Positions 1 to 9,400 of a DNA stretch of 64,000 bases are shown here, piece after piece (position 1 is the first letter of the stretch; each line of letters opens with the position of its first letter). The DNA is from a virus, in the IMG/VR virus record IMGVR_UViG_3300023208_000003, positions 1 to 64,000 of that record, one strand, 5' to 3'. The translations under genes and the position numbers were made by a program. Below the pieces are notes generated by a model. The model was not told where the DNA came from, did not search any database, and saw nothing but the letters and a program-made list of their open reading frames with translations.

Positions 1-2
1 TA

Positions 3-482
3 AATGTTTCATTTCATTTTCAACACGGAAATGAAAGTGAAGTCGTGCTTGCGCCAGGTATGCGATTAGCGCGAGTTGTTAAAAAATACACTGTACACGG
101 TGAAGTTGATCCAGTTGAACACGCGCAATTAGGCGCAAAAAAATCAGCTGATTTAACGGATAAATTTTTAGTTTACAAGGAAAATAATGAAACTTCTGCA
201 TTTTTAGAATCTATTTCTGATTTTGATTTTGAATCATTTCATTCTAATCATCTTGGAAATCTTCTAAAAAATGAAAATATTTTAAAACGATTATCAAATC
301 CAGCTTTTACAAAAAATGTAAATTCACTTCATGAAAAGTGGTTAAAGTTTGCCAAAACCATTGCTGATTATGACAAGTCGGCACTTAATGGAATTGATAA
401 CCCTGAAAAAATTCAAGCGTTCAAAAATTTAATTGACGCAGCAAATGAATCAGTTAGAACCAAAAAATCAAAAACAGGTTAA
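3..482 (+). CDS. 5'-truncated ORF, putative ADP-ribosyltransferase (Alt/Mod/VIP2-like) C-terminal part
   Basis: Frame is open from base 3 (NVSFHFQHGNESEVVLAPGMRL...), so the ORF-track start at 45 is internal. ESEVVLAPG matches the ExEhhLxxG catalytic motif of R-S-E clade ARTs; the upstream R and STS motifs would lie outside the window. Confidence 0.45.
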   Translation, partial: NVSFHFQHGNESEVVLAPGMRLARVVKKYTVHGEVDPVEHAQLGAKKSADLTDKFLVYKENNETSAFLESISDFDFESFHSNHLGNLLKNENILKRLSNPAFTKNVNSLHEKWLKFAKTIADYDKSALNGIDNPEKIQAFKNLIDAANESVRTKKSKTG

Positions 483-854
483 TTGCGTCTCATTGACTTG
501 CCTTTAGATGAAGTGAGAAGTCACTTAGGTTCATTTTACGAACTCAAAGATTTTGAAATGCAAATTTCTTCAAACAGACCAAAAATTGAAGATCGCTCTC
601 TTGCCAATATTTTTACAGATCTTTACAAAAGGATTACTGGCGAAGAAGCTCCCGCCAACTTTAATCGTTTCGGATCTGAAAAGCAGATACAAGTTATTGA
701 ACCAGTTATAGATTATATTTTAAGCATAACTGATCCAAGTTCTAAAATCGAGAATAAATATTTTTCATTCCTAAATTCTATGCGTCGTCTGTATCGTAAT
801 ATTAAAATATTACGGAGCTTGAATAATATACAACGCAATTTGGAGAAAATTTAA
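483..854 (+). CDS. hypothetical protein
   Basis: 123-aa ORF, TTG start directly after the upstream TAA; N-terminus MRLIDLPLDE. Confidence 0.6.
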   Translation: MRLIDLPLDEVRSHLGSFYELKDFEMQISSNRPKIEDRSLANIFTDLYKRITGEEAPANFNRFGSEKQIQVIEPVIDYILSITDPSSKIENKYFSFLNSMRRLYRNIKILRSLNNIQRNLEKI

Positions 855-1133
855 ATGCTATTAAGTGAAATTCACTCATCACAAACTTCAGTTTCACGAA
901 AGTCAATTACTATTACTTGGCCATTTCAATTAACTGGAGAGTTTCACGATGATAAAAAAGTTAATGAGCTTCTTCAACGCTATCACTTAATGGCAGTGCT
1001 ATTACGGCGCGGTGATCAATATCATGGTCCTGAAGTAAGAGTATCTGGTTCGTATGAAAATTTGCAACAGTTCGCATCAAAAGAATTAAAAATGTCACCA
1101 TCACTTTTCGCAAGAAAAATAAATTTGAAATAA
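855..1133 (+). CDS. hypothetical protein
   Basis: 92-aa ORF with GGAG SD about 9 nt upstream; N-terminus MLLSEI. Confidence 0.7.
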   Translation: MLLSEIHSSQTSVSRKSITITWPFQLTGEFHDDKKVNELLQRYHLMAVLLRRGDQYHGPEVRVSGSYENLQQFASKELKMSPSLFARKINLK

Positions 1134-1145
1134 TGGAGAAAAGAA

Positions 1146-1736
1146 ATGAAACTAATGGAAATTGTTATCCTTGCGGAAGCGCGTGATCCTGAACTTAAAT
1201 ATACTGAGAAAAAAGTAAAGGACAAAATTGACCGCGTAATTGTTGCTTTAGAGGGCAACCAATCAGGAAAATTTACAAAGCTTGCTAAGCGTTATAAAAT
1301 TTTGCAGCGCGCATTTGCTGTTTTAACTGAAAAACAAAGTCAATTAAACGCACAAATTAAAGACCAAGCGCTTGAATTTTTTAATGCTGAAGACGAAGTT
1401 CTTACTCGTGTGGTTGAAACAATTTCTTTGACAATTACTATTTCAAAGAAAACTGTTACTACGACTACTAAGGTTGATTACGACGCAATTCTTGCTCAAC
1501 TTGTTGAAATGGTTCCTGAGCTTAAGGACAAGGTTGACGAGCTCATTGCTGCGCACACTGAAATTAAGAAGACTGAAAAGTCACCTTCACTTCGAACTGA
1601 ACTTAAGGAAGGCGTTGTGGAGTGGGTTCGTCAAGTCAAACAAATCGCAAAGAACATCTTCAAGTCAATGAAACTTTGGGGCAAGAGCTACGATAAGAAA
1701 CTTGCGCTTTTAAGCAAGCAGCTTGGAACAGCATAA
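1146..1736 (+). CDS. hypothetical helical protein, possibly head-associated
   Basis: 196 aa, GGAG SD; N-terminus MKLMEIVILAEA contains an L-x-E cleavage-like motif. Confidence 0.75.
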   Translation: MKLMEIVILAEARDPELKYTEKKVKDKIDRVIVALEGNQSGKFTKLAKRYKILQRAFAVLTEKQSQLNAQIKDQALEFFNAEDEVLTRVVETISLTITISKKTVTTTTKVDYDAILAQLVEMVPELKDKVDELIAAHTEIKKTEKSPSLRTELKEGVVEWVRQVKQIAKNIFKSMKLWGKSYDKKLALLSKQLGTA

Positions 1737-1978
1737 TGCCAAACGCGGTTGTAAAATCATTTGCTAAAAAGGCAGGTAAGTCAGTCAACGATGTTGAAAA
1801 ACTGTGGGATGAAACAAAAGCTGACACAAAGAAAAAGTTCAAAAAGAAAGATAAGCATTATTGGGCTTATGTAAACGCTGTAACTCAGCGTAAATTAGGT
1901 ATTTCAGAATCACATACATTAAGTTCATTTCTTTTTGAGAATGATGAATCAAACTATGATGCGGATTCTGATAAATAA
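1736..1978 (+). CDS. small basic hypothetical protein
   Basis: 80 aa, TAATG overlap with the upstream gene. Confidence 0.7.
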   Translation: MPNAVVKSFAKKAGKSVNDVEKLWDETKADTKKKFKKKDKHYWAYVNAVTQRKLGISESHTLSSFLFENDESNYDADSDK

Positions 1979-2006
1979 TTTTTGGTAATAAAAAAGGTAT
2001 GAGGTA

Positions 2007-2192
2007 ATGACTCAAAAATACGAAACATCTTACGAAAAGTCTTCTCGCGAAATTAGAAACAAACGCAAGAAAGGTAAAAAGCAATTCAATGAAAATAGTG
2101 ATCATCAATCTCGTCGTCAGCAAAGAATCAGCTTTAAAAATTTCTTAGAAGAGCAAGACAAAAAATTTTATGAATCTGACGATTTTGAGTAA
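2007..2192 (+). CDS. hypothetical protein
   Basis: 61 aa, GAGG SD, ATAAATA motif at 1971-1977. Confidence 0.65.
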   Translation: MTQKYETSYEKSSREIRNKRKKGKKQFNENSDHQSRRQQRISFKNFLEEQDKKFYESDDFE

Positions 2193-2204
2193 ATGAGGTA
2201 ATTA

Positions 2205-2678
2205 ATGTTTGTTGTTCCAATTAAAAATGATATCATAAAAACTAAAGATGGCGGAACTTTTACTGTTTTGGAATACACTAATTTCAAATCTAAGGGGCCT
2301 GCTGTTTACGTTAAAGCTGATACTCCTTTTGTGATTTACTTTTTTGACATTGATGAAATCAATGATGTAAAAGTTGATTTTAATGGAGCAACTAAAGTTT
2401 TTTCAGCGTTAGGTCATTTAAAAAGAAAAATTCACCTACCGCAAAAGCATGATACTGTTACTTTAATTGACGGTGATAATGAAAAAACACTTTTAGTAGA
2501 AACTTTAAAACTTCATAGTAAATCAATTGGTCTCTCTAGAGGACTTGTTTTTATTGATTCAGAAGGAAATAAACACTCTCTTGGATCGATCGGTGATATT
2601 GAACGTTCTACCGGCACGAGCTTTTTTGATCGTAAAAAATTCGCACATTTGTATCGTGATTATTTTGGAGAAAAATAA
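2205..2678 (+). CDS. hypothetical protein
   Basis: 157 aa, GAGG SD, tightly packed. Confidence 0.75.
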   Translation: MFVVPIKNDIIKTKDGGTFTVLEYTNFKSKGPAVYVKADTPFVIYFFDIDEINDVKVDFNGATKVFSALGHLKRKIHLPQKHDTVTLIDGDNEKTLLVETLKLHSKSIGLSRGLVFIDSEGNKHSLGSIGDIERSTGTSFFDRKKFAHLYRDYFGEK

Positions 2679-2884
2679 TGAATTTCATGGCTGATATTGA
2701 AAGCTTAGACGGTAAAAAGCGTTATCAATCATTCTTAATTGAAATGGGAATTGAAAAAACAACGGTTCTTATTCCAATTGCGGAAGCAAATGATTTTGAA
2801 GCCAAAGCGTTAGATTTACGTCCTAAAACAAAAGCAGCTCTTTCAAAGCTTGTTTCAAAATTTAACGGTATTATTCAAGATTAA
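2678..2884 (+). CDS. hypothetical protein
   Basis: 68 aa, TAATG overlap, GGAG SD. Confidence 0.7.
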   Translation: MNFMADIESLDGKKRYQSFLIEMGIEKTTVLIPIAEANDFEAKALDLRPKTKAALSKLVSKFNGIIQD

Positions 2885-2894
2885 AGGTTAATAC

Positions 2895-3542
2895 GTGACT
2901 CAACTATTTACAAATAACGCGATTTCGCTGTTAACAACATCACTTTCATCAAGCGGTCTAACATTTAGTGTTATAAGTGGTGATGAACACGCATTTCCAC
3001 AGCCAGTTCACGTTGATGATTTTTTTCTTGTAACGTTTGAAGATCCTCACACGCATGACATTGAAATTGTAAAAATATCTGATAGAACTGGAAATATTTT
3101 TCACATTGATCCAGCAGGTCGTGGCTTTGAAAATACAACGATTCGTGCGTGGGCACCTGACACATTAGTTGATCATCGTTTAACTGCCTATACATTAAAT
3201 AAAACCAACACTATTTCACCTGGTGATACATCAGCACCTATCATTGTTCCAAGCGCCGATATTCGTCCAGTTAATAACTTAGTAGTTACAACTTTAATTC
3301 GTACTTGTAAATGGCTAGTAACTGTAATTGATATTTCTGGTAATCGCGCTTCAATGTGTGAAGTAATGGCAGTTTATCGTGGAGCTTCAATTCTACCAGC
3401 ATATACAGTTTATGGAAAAGTAGGCGACGCACTTCGCTACTCTATTTCCGTTACTCAAAGTAGCAATGAAATGACTTGCAATGTCATTAACAATGATACA
3501 GTACCTCTTACTACTTCTATAGTAAGAATCAGCGCTATCTAA
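2895..3542 (+). CDS. putative virion structural protein (fibre-associated)
   Basis: N-terminal NNAxSxL...FP motif seen in tail-associated proteins; C-terminal KWLVTVID...EVMA segment resembles the C-terminus of 3629-5173. Confidence 0.65.
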   Translation: MTQLFTNNAISLLTTSLSSSGLTFSVISGDEHAFPQPVHVDDFFLVTFEDPHTHDIEIVKISDRTGNIFHIDPAGRGFENTTIRAWAPDTLVDHRLTAYTLNKTNTISPGDTSAPIIVPSADIRPVNNLVVTTLIRTCKWLVTVIDISGNRASMCEVMAVYRGASILPAYTVYGKVGDALRYSISVTQSSNEMTCNVINNDTVPLTTSIVRISAI

Positions 3543-3570
3543 ATTTTTCCTAAAGAAATATATGCGGTTG

Positions 3571-3577
3571 ATAAATA
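3571..3577 (+). promoter_or_regulatory. T4-late-like promoter ATAAATA
   Basis: Intergenic, about 50 nt before a structural gene; overlaps a small hairpin aataggt-gaaat-acctatt. Confidence 0.65.
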
Positions 3578-3628
3578 GGTGAAATACCTATTTTAATTTT
3601 CTACCAACATATCCTTTAGGAGAAAACA

Positions 3629-5173
3629 ATGTCTGAACAATTCTTTCGTATTTTTAGAGGCCTCGAGATTGACGAGACCATTCAACTCCTTCAGGGCGCC
3701 GGCGATCCAGGTGTTTCCGGCGGCGACACTGACGCTGCTCCTGTAGGTTCCTTTTATCTTGATAATCTTACCGGTAACGCTTGGACTAAAGTAACTCCAG
3801 GTACTGGCACAGGTCACTGGTCGCTTTTAGCTTCTCAGACTTGGGTTAATAACGTTGTTGGCGCCAACATTTCTTGGCGTGAACCTGTAACCGTTTTAGA
3901 TAGCGCTGCAACTACGTTACCTACTGGTGCTCCAGCTGGAACAATTGACGGTGTTACACTTGCTACTGGTGACCGCGTTCTTTTCACCGGCGTAACACCT
4001 GCTAACGTTTATGTGTACAATGCAACATCTCAGTCATTCACTCAAGACGTAAATGCAGTATCACAGGGTGATACTGTTTATGTTGACGGTGGTACTTCAG
4101 GTGGTACTCGCTGGACTTACAACGGCACCGCGTGGGTACGCTTTGACTCGATGTCACTTGACGAACTTGCTTACATTCGTTCTTTCATTGGTAAGCCAGC
4201 GTCTGGTAACATTTCTCCAGTTTACACTTCAACTTTAGTTATTTCACAAAACTCTGATCTTACGGCTGCTATTTCTGCATTGGATTTTGAAGTTGGCGCC
4301 CAAGTTTCTACTGGCAACTGGATTTCTGCAGCAAACAAGGTTAATCAGAACCTTCAAGCTCTTGATACCGAGCTTGGCGCGAACGTAACTGATGGCTTCT
4401 ACATTCTTGCTGCTAACAAGATGAATGGCAACATTCAGGCTCTTGATAACGCTCTTGGCACTCCAACCGGTACGCACTTCTGGATTTCTGACGCGCAGAA
4501 AGTTAATGGCAACTTGATTGCTCTTGACGCAGAAATTGGCGCAAACGTTACCAATGGTAATTTTGTTCTTGCTATCAATACAGTCAATCAGAACATTCAG
4601 ACTCTTGATACTCACTTAGGTGGTGCTGTTACAACTGGCGCTTATGTTGTTAACAGTAATTCTGCAAATCAGAATATTCAAGCATTAGATACTGCTCTTG
4701 GAACTAACGTTACTAATGGCAACTTCATTCTTCATTCTAATCCTATCAATACCAACATTCAAGCAATTGATAGTGAAATTGGTGCAAATGTTACCTCTGG
4801 TACTTACATCCTTAACTCCAACTCAATCAATGAAAATATTCAGGCAATTGATGTTGCACTTACCGAAGTTTCAAAGGAATCTACTGCTTCTAACGTTACA
4901 TCTACAACAGTTGTTGATTCAATCAATGCGACCGTTGTGAAATGGATCGTTAAGGCCGTCGACACTGCAAACTCTGCAAATGTTTACGCTGCTGAAGTTT
5001 TTGCATCTTCAAATGGTTTGACTGCAGACTTTACGAAGTTCGCTGTTCTTAAGCTTGGCGCCAATATTCCAGGATTAACTTTCAGCGTTGCTCTTGCTGG
5101 TTCTAACTTACAGCTTTCTGTTGCTTCAACTGCAGCTGTTAACGTGGTCGTGAGAAGAGTTAGTTCGCTATGA
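3629..5173 (+). CDS. putative fibre/decoration structural protein with 27-aa tandem repeats
   Basis: 514 aa, G/T/N/A rich, strong AGGAG SD; eight NxxNxNIQALDxxLG repeats. Confidence 0.75.
   Translation: MSEQFFRIFRGLEIDETIQLLQGAGDPGVSGGDTDAAPVGSFYLDNLTGNAWTKVTPGTGTGHWSLLASQTWVNNVVGANISWREPVTVLDSAATTLPTGAPAGTIDGVTLATGDRVLFTGVTPANVYVYNATSQSFTQDVNAVSQGDTVYVDGGTSGGTRWTYNGTAWVRFDSMSLDELAYIRSFIGKPASGNISPVYTSTLVISQNSDLTAAISALDFEVGAQVSTGNWISAANKVNQNLQALDTELGANVTDGFYILAANKMNGNIQALDNALGTPTGTHFWISDAQKVNGNLIALDAEIGANVTNGNFVLAINTVNQNIQTLDTHLGGAVTTGAYVVNSNSANQNIQALDTALGTNVTNGNFILHSNPINTNIQAIDSEIGANVTSGTYILNSNSINENIQAIDVALTEVSKESTASNVTSTTVVDSINATVVKWIVKAVDTANSANVYAAEVFASSNGLTADFTKFAVLKLGANIPGLTFSVALAGSNLQLSVASTAAVNVVVRRVSSL
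4250..4870 (+). repeat. about 8 x 81-bp (27-aa) degenerate coding tandem repeat
   Basis: Example unit NKVNQNLQALDTELGANVTDGFYILAA is 27 aa. Confidence 0.85.
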
Positions 5174-5175
5174 AA

Positions 5176-6345
5176 TTAGGATATCGATAAAACTAAGTTT
5201 TTATCAAATACCCAAAATTCAAAAGAGAAGCCTTGAGAAATTGAGGCTTCTCTTTTTTTCATATTTTTTTCATAATCTTTTTTAAAAGTATATTCAGACT
5301 TTACTTCAATTAAAAGATTTTTCGATTTGATATAAATGTCTGGATGGTATTTTTTTGTTTGATAACTTATTGTAAATTTTGGATTTACAATAATATCATC
5401 AATATCAAATATTTCTTCCAGTATTTTTAGTGCTAATGGTTCGTATCCTATAACTTTAACAGCTTTCCCATTTTTAAAAATAAAATCTTTTTGTTTATAT
5501 TTTTGGGATTTTTGAAAAACTATTGAAGATTGCATTGGATATTCTACACCATATCTTTCAATATTTGTTTGTTTAATTTTTTCTTTTATTTCTTCTGCTT
5601 GAAATGGGGTTTTTACTCCATATTTTTTCATATTAGTATTTTCAACCTTTTGAGGATTCCATCCATCTTTTCCATATAACTCAATTTGTTTATCTTTTGA
5701 TTTTTGTCTTATCTTTTTATTTTGTTGCGGGTTTTCAACACCATATCTTTCAATATTTGTTTGTTTAATTTTTTCTTTTATTGCTTCTGATTGAAATATA
5801 AAATCTACTCCATATCTTTCAATATTTGTTTGTTTAATTTTTTCTTTTATTGCTTCTGCTTGAACTGTGTAATCTACGCCATAACGGTCTCTACAAGTTT
5901 CAACAGACTTACGTTTTATTTCTTCACTCTGTCGTGGATTCTCAACACCATATCTTTCTAAGCAAGTTTGCTTAATCTTGTTTTTAGTAGTTTCACACTT
6001 CATTGGATTCTCAACACCATATCTTTCTAAACAGGTTTGTTTAAACTTGTTTCTATTTTTTTGTAAATTAGAAGCGCATTTAATTGAGCAAGTTTCTTGA
6101 TAATTTGTTCTAACAAATGGCGTTAAATTTCCGCAATAACATCGTGGTCTAATTAACGTTTTATTAAATAAAGCCCATCGTTTTTCTTGAAAAGTTTTAA
6201 ATTCATTTAATTGCTTATTTTGTAAAATTTCTTTTTTTAATTCTTGCCCCTTAACACCAGTCCAAAATCCACTTTTTTTCTGCATTCCATTGGTAACAGC
6301 AAGCTCATAAAATTTATTCATTAATTTATTCATTAAAATTCTCAT
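5176..6345 (-). CDS. free-standing homing-endonuclease-like protein (PD-(D/E)XK nuclease with 23-aa DNA-binding-type repeats)
   Basis: About 8 KxxxTxxERYGV repeats, a CYCG zinc-finger-like segment and C-terminal YHPDIYIKSKNLLIEVKS; antisense insertion between two fibre genes. Confidence 0.7.
   Translation of the reverse strand: MRILMNKLMNKFYELAVTNGMQKKSGFWTGVKGQELKKEILQNKQLNEFKTFQEKRWALFNKTLIRPRCYCGNLTPFVRTNYQETCSIKCASNLQKNRNKFKQTCLERYGVENPMKCETTKNKIKQTCLERYGVENPRQSEEIKRKSVETCRDRYGVDYTVQAEAIKEKIKQTNIERYGVDFIFQSEAIKEKIKQTNIERYGVENPQQNKKIRQKSKDKQIELYGKDGWNPQKVENTNMKKYGVKTPFQAEEIKEKIKQTNIERYGVEYPMQSSIVFQKSQKYKQKDFIFKNGKAVKVIGYEPLALKILEEIFDIDDIIVNPKFTISYQTKKYHPDIYIKSKNLLIEVKSEYTFKKDYEKNMKKREASISQGFSFEFWVFDKNLVLSIS
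5549..5858 (-). repeat. near-identical 49-bp copies within a 69-bp period coding repeat
   Basis: ccatatctttcaatatttgtttgtttaattttttcttttattgcttctg at 5741 and 5810, and at 5549 with one mismatch. Confidence 0.85.
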
Positions 6346-6367
6346 TAAGATACTCTACAAACAGATA

Positions 6368-6404
6368 TATTTATTGCTGTAAATAAATCTTTTTTCAATA
6401 AATA
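6368..6404. promoter_or_regulatory. divergent pair of late-like promoters
   Basis: TATTTAT 6368-6374 (minus-strand ATAAATA, toward the endonuclease) and ATAAATA 6398-6404 (toward the fibre gene). Confidence 0.65.
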
Positions 6405-6434
6405 AAACAAAACTTATACCTTTGGAGTAGATTA

Positions 6435-9400
6435 ATGGCAAGCCGTCTAGATCGAGCTTTTAATTCTGACGCAATTTCAATTAATGATGAATTGCTTATT
6501 TTTGGTGGAAGCACAAATCCTGTTACAAATGCAGAGGAAGCTCCTATTGGTTCGCTTTATCTTCAAACTAACGGAAATATTTGGTTAAAAATTGGTGTAA
6601 ATAATACTGATTGGACATCATTACCATTAGTTGACTCTAAAGTCTCAGTTTCAATTAATGACGCAGCCCCTGGCAATCTTTTATCAAAGCTAAGTACTTC
6701 ATCAAATTTTTATGTCAATGTTGCGAACGGAAGTGCAAATGAACAATTAACAATTGATTTAAGTCCTACCGGAATAACTGCTGGAACTTATAAATCTGTT
6801 TATGTTGACACGTTCGGCAGAGTAACAGCCGGAACTAATCCTTCAACTCTTGCTGGTTATGGAATCGTTGATGCGCAAGGACTAAATGCAGCTCTTACTG
6901 CAATTAGCAACTTAACAACTCCTGGATTGTTAACCTTAACTTCAACGGGTGTTATTGTTTCACGGTCATTAAGCTCAACGACTCTTTCAATAACTAATCC
7001 TGCTGGAACTGCCGCAAACCCTACTATTGACTTATCAACGATTGGCACACCAATTTCAGATGGCTTTGTACGAATTACAACTGATGTATATGGTCGCGTT
7101 ATAACGTCAAGCGCACCGAATTCAACGAATATAACAACAGCTCTTGGTTACACACCTGTTAATAAAGCTGGTGATACGATGACTGGTATTTTAACGCTTT
7201 CAGCAGACCCAACTAATCCACTAGATGCCGCAACGAAGCAATACGTTGATAACGCAATAACCGGGCTTGATATGAAACAATCCGTCCGCGTTGCTACAAC
7301 CGCTAACATTACCTTGTCAGGAACACAGACGATTGACAGTGTTGCTGTCGTTGCTGGTAATCGCGTTCTTGTTAAGAATCAAACAACTGCTTCACAAAAT
7401 GGTATTTACGTTGTTGCAGCAGGCGCTTGGACTAGAGCGCCTGACGCCGACAATTCTGGAAATGGTTCAGAGGTTACTGCCAATCTTTATTGCTTCGTTG
7501 AGGAAGGAACAACAAATGCTGATAGTGGTTGGGTACTAACAACAAATAATCCGATTACACTTGGCACAACTGGTTTAACATTTACACAGTTTACTGGTAC
7601 TGGTCAAATTACAGCCGGTGCAGGCTTAACAAAAACCGGTAACACTCTTGACGTAGGTACTGCAGCAGTCGGGCGCATCGTAGTTAATGCGGATAACATT
7701 GACTTGGCCACCACGGGCGTGACTGCTGGTACTTACAATACAATTACTGTTGACGTGTATGGCCGCGCAACAAGTGGTTCTAATACTGTATATCTTACTG
7801 GAAATCAAACAATTACGCTTTCAGGCGATGTGACTGGTTCTGGAACAACTGCAATCACAGCAACACTTGCAACTATTGGCGCTGGCGGGACTGGAACAAA
7901 AATTACTTATAACGCAAAAGGACTTGTTACAGGCTCAAGTACTCTTGTTGCTGCGGATATTCCAAATATTGATTGGTCAAAAATTACAAGTGGCACACCA
8001 ACAACTCTTGCTGGTTACGGAATCACTGATGCTGTTAGAAATGCTGGTAGCTCGCCAAGTATTCAACAAGGCATTATTTCAGCAATGCCTGCAGCAGGAA
8101 CTTTAGGACGACTATATTACGCAACTGACGCATTTGCTTGGTATAGAGACAATGGTACTACTTGGGATTTAATTACACCTGCTCTTTCTGGCGATATTAT
8201 CAAAGCTGCAGGTTCAATAGTTACTACTCTTGCAAGCGTTGGAACACCTGGAACTTACAATAATGTTACAACTGATTTGAAAGGACGTGTTATTTCAGGT
8301 TCAAACGTTGCATACTTAACAGGCAATCAAAATATTTCAATTAGCGGTGATGCAACTGGGTCTGGTACAACGTCAATTGCTTTAACTCTTGCTACAGTAA
8401 ACAGCAATATTGGAAATTTTGGTGGGGCAGTTTCTGTTCCTATTATTACTGTAAATGGAAAGGGATTAATAACGGCTGTTTCTTCTCAAAACATTAATTT
8501 TCCAGTTACATCAGTGGCTGGAAAAACTGGAGTAGTTTCTCTAACATCGACAGATGTAGGTTTAGGAAATGTTACAAATTCACTTCAAGTTATTAACGCT
8601 GGAAATTCTCCAAGTATTGCTTCTGGAACTCTTGCTGGTCGTCCTGTTGCTGGAACTACAGGCAGACTTTATATTGCAACTGATATTTTTTCTATTTATC
8701 GTGATAATGGCACTACTTGGGATTTAATTATACCAGCTTTTTCTGGCGATATTAGCACAAGTGCAGGTAACGTTGTTACAACCTTGAGCAATACAGGAAT
8801 TACTGCAGGGACTTATTCTAAACTTACAGTTGACGCAAAAGGTAGAGCAACAGCAGGTACAAATTTAGCTCAAACTGATATAACAACAGCTCTTGGTTAC
8901 ACACCTGTTAATAGAGCTGGTGATACGATGACTGGTTTACTTACATTGAGCGGTGACCCTACGGATGCTTTACACGCGGCGACCAAGCAGTATGTGGATA
9001 ACGCGTTAAGCGGATTAATCATAAAAGATGCGTGTCGTGCGTGCACGACCGCAAATATTACATTGTCAGGCCTGCAAACAATCGATGGCGTTGCTCTTGC
9101 AGCTAATGACCGTGTCCTTGTTAAAAATCAAACAACAGCTTCTGCAAACGGCATTTATGTTGCGGCAACTGGATCTTGGACACGTGCTGAAGATGCAAAT
9201 AATGTAGGAAATGGAAATGAAGTAAAAGCAAATATTTTTACTTTTATTTCAGAAGGAACAACAAACGCAGACACTGGTTGGGTGTTAACAACTAATAATC
9301 CAATTACTCTTGGTTCAACGAACTTAACATGGACACAATTTACAGGTTCTGGTGCAATCGGCGCCGGCGCTGGTTTAACATTGGCTGGAACAACTTTAAA

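Noticed and set aside
3-1133. Three consecutive ORFs in the same frame separated only by single TAA codons (read-through polyprotein or stop recoding)
   Set aside because: 855 has its own GGAG SD and both downstream ORFs begin with the MxLxE/D-type N-terminus; TAA is the normal stop throughout the window.
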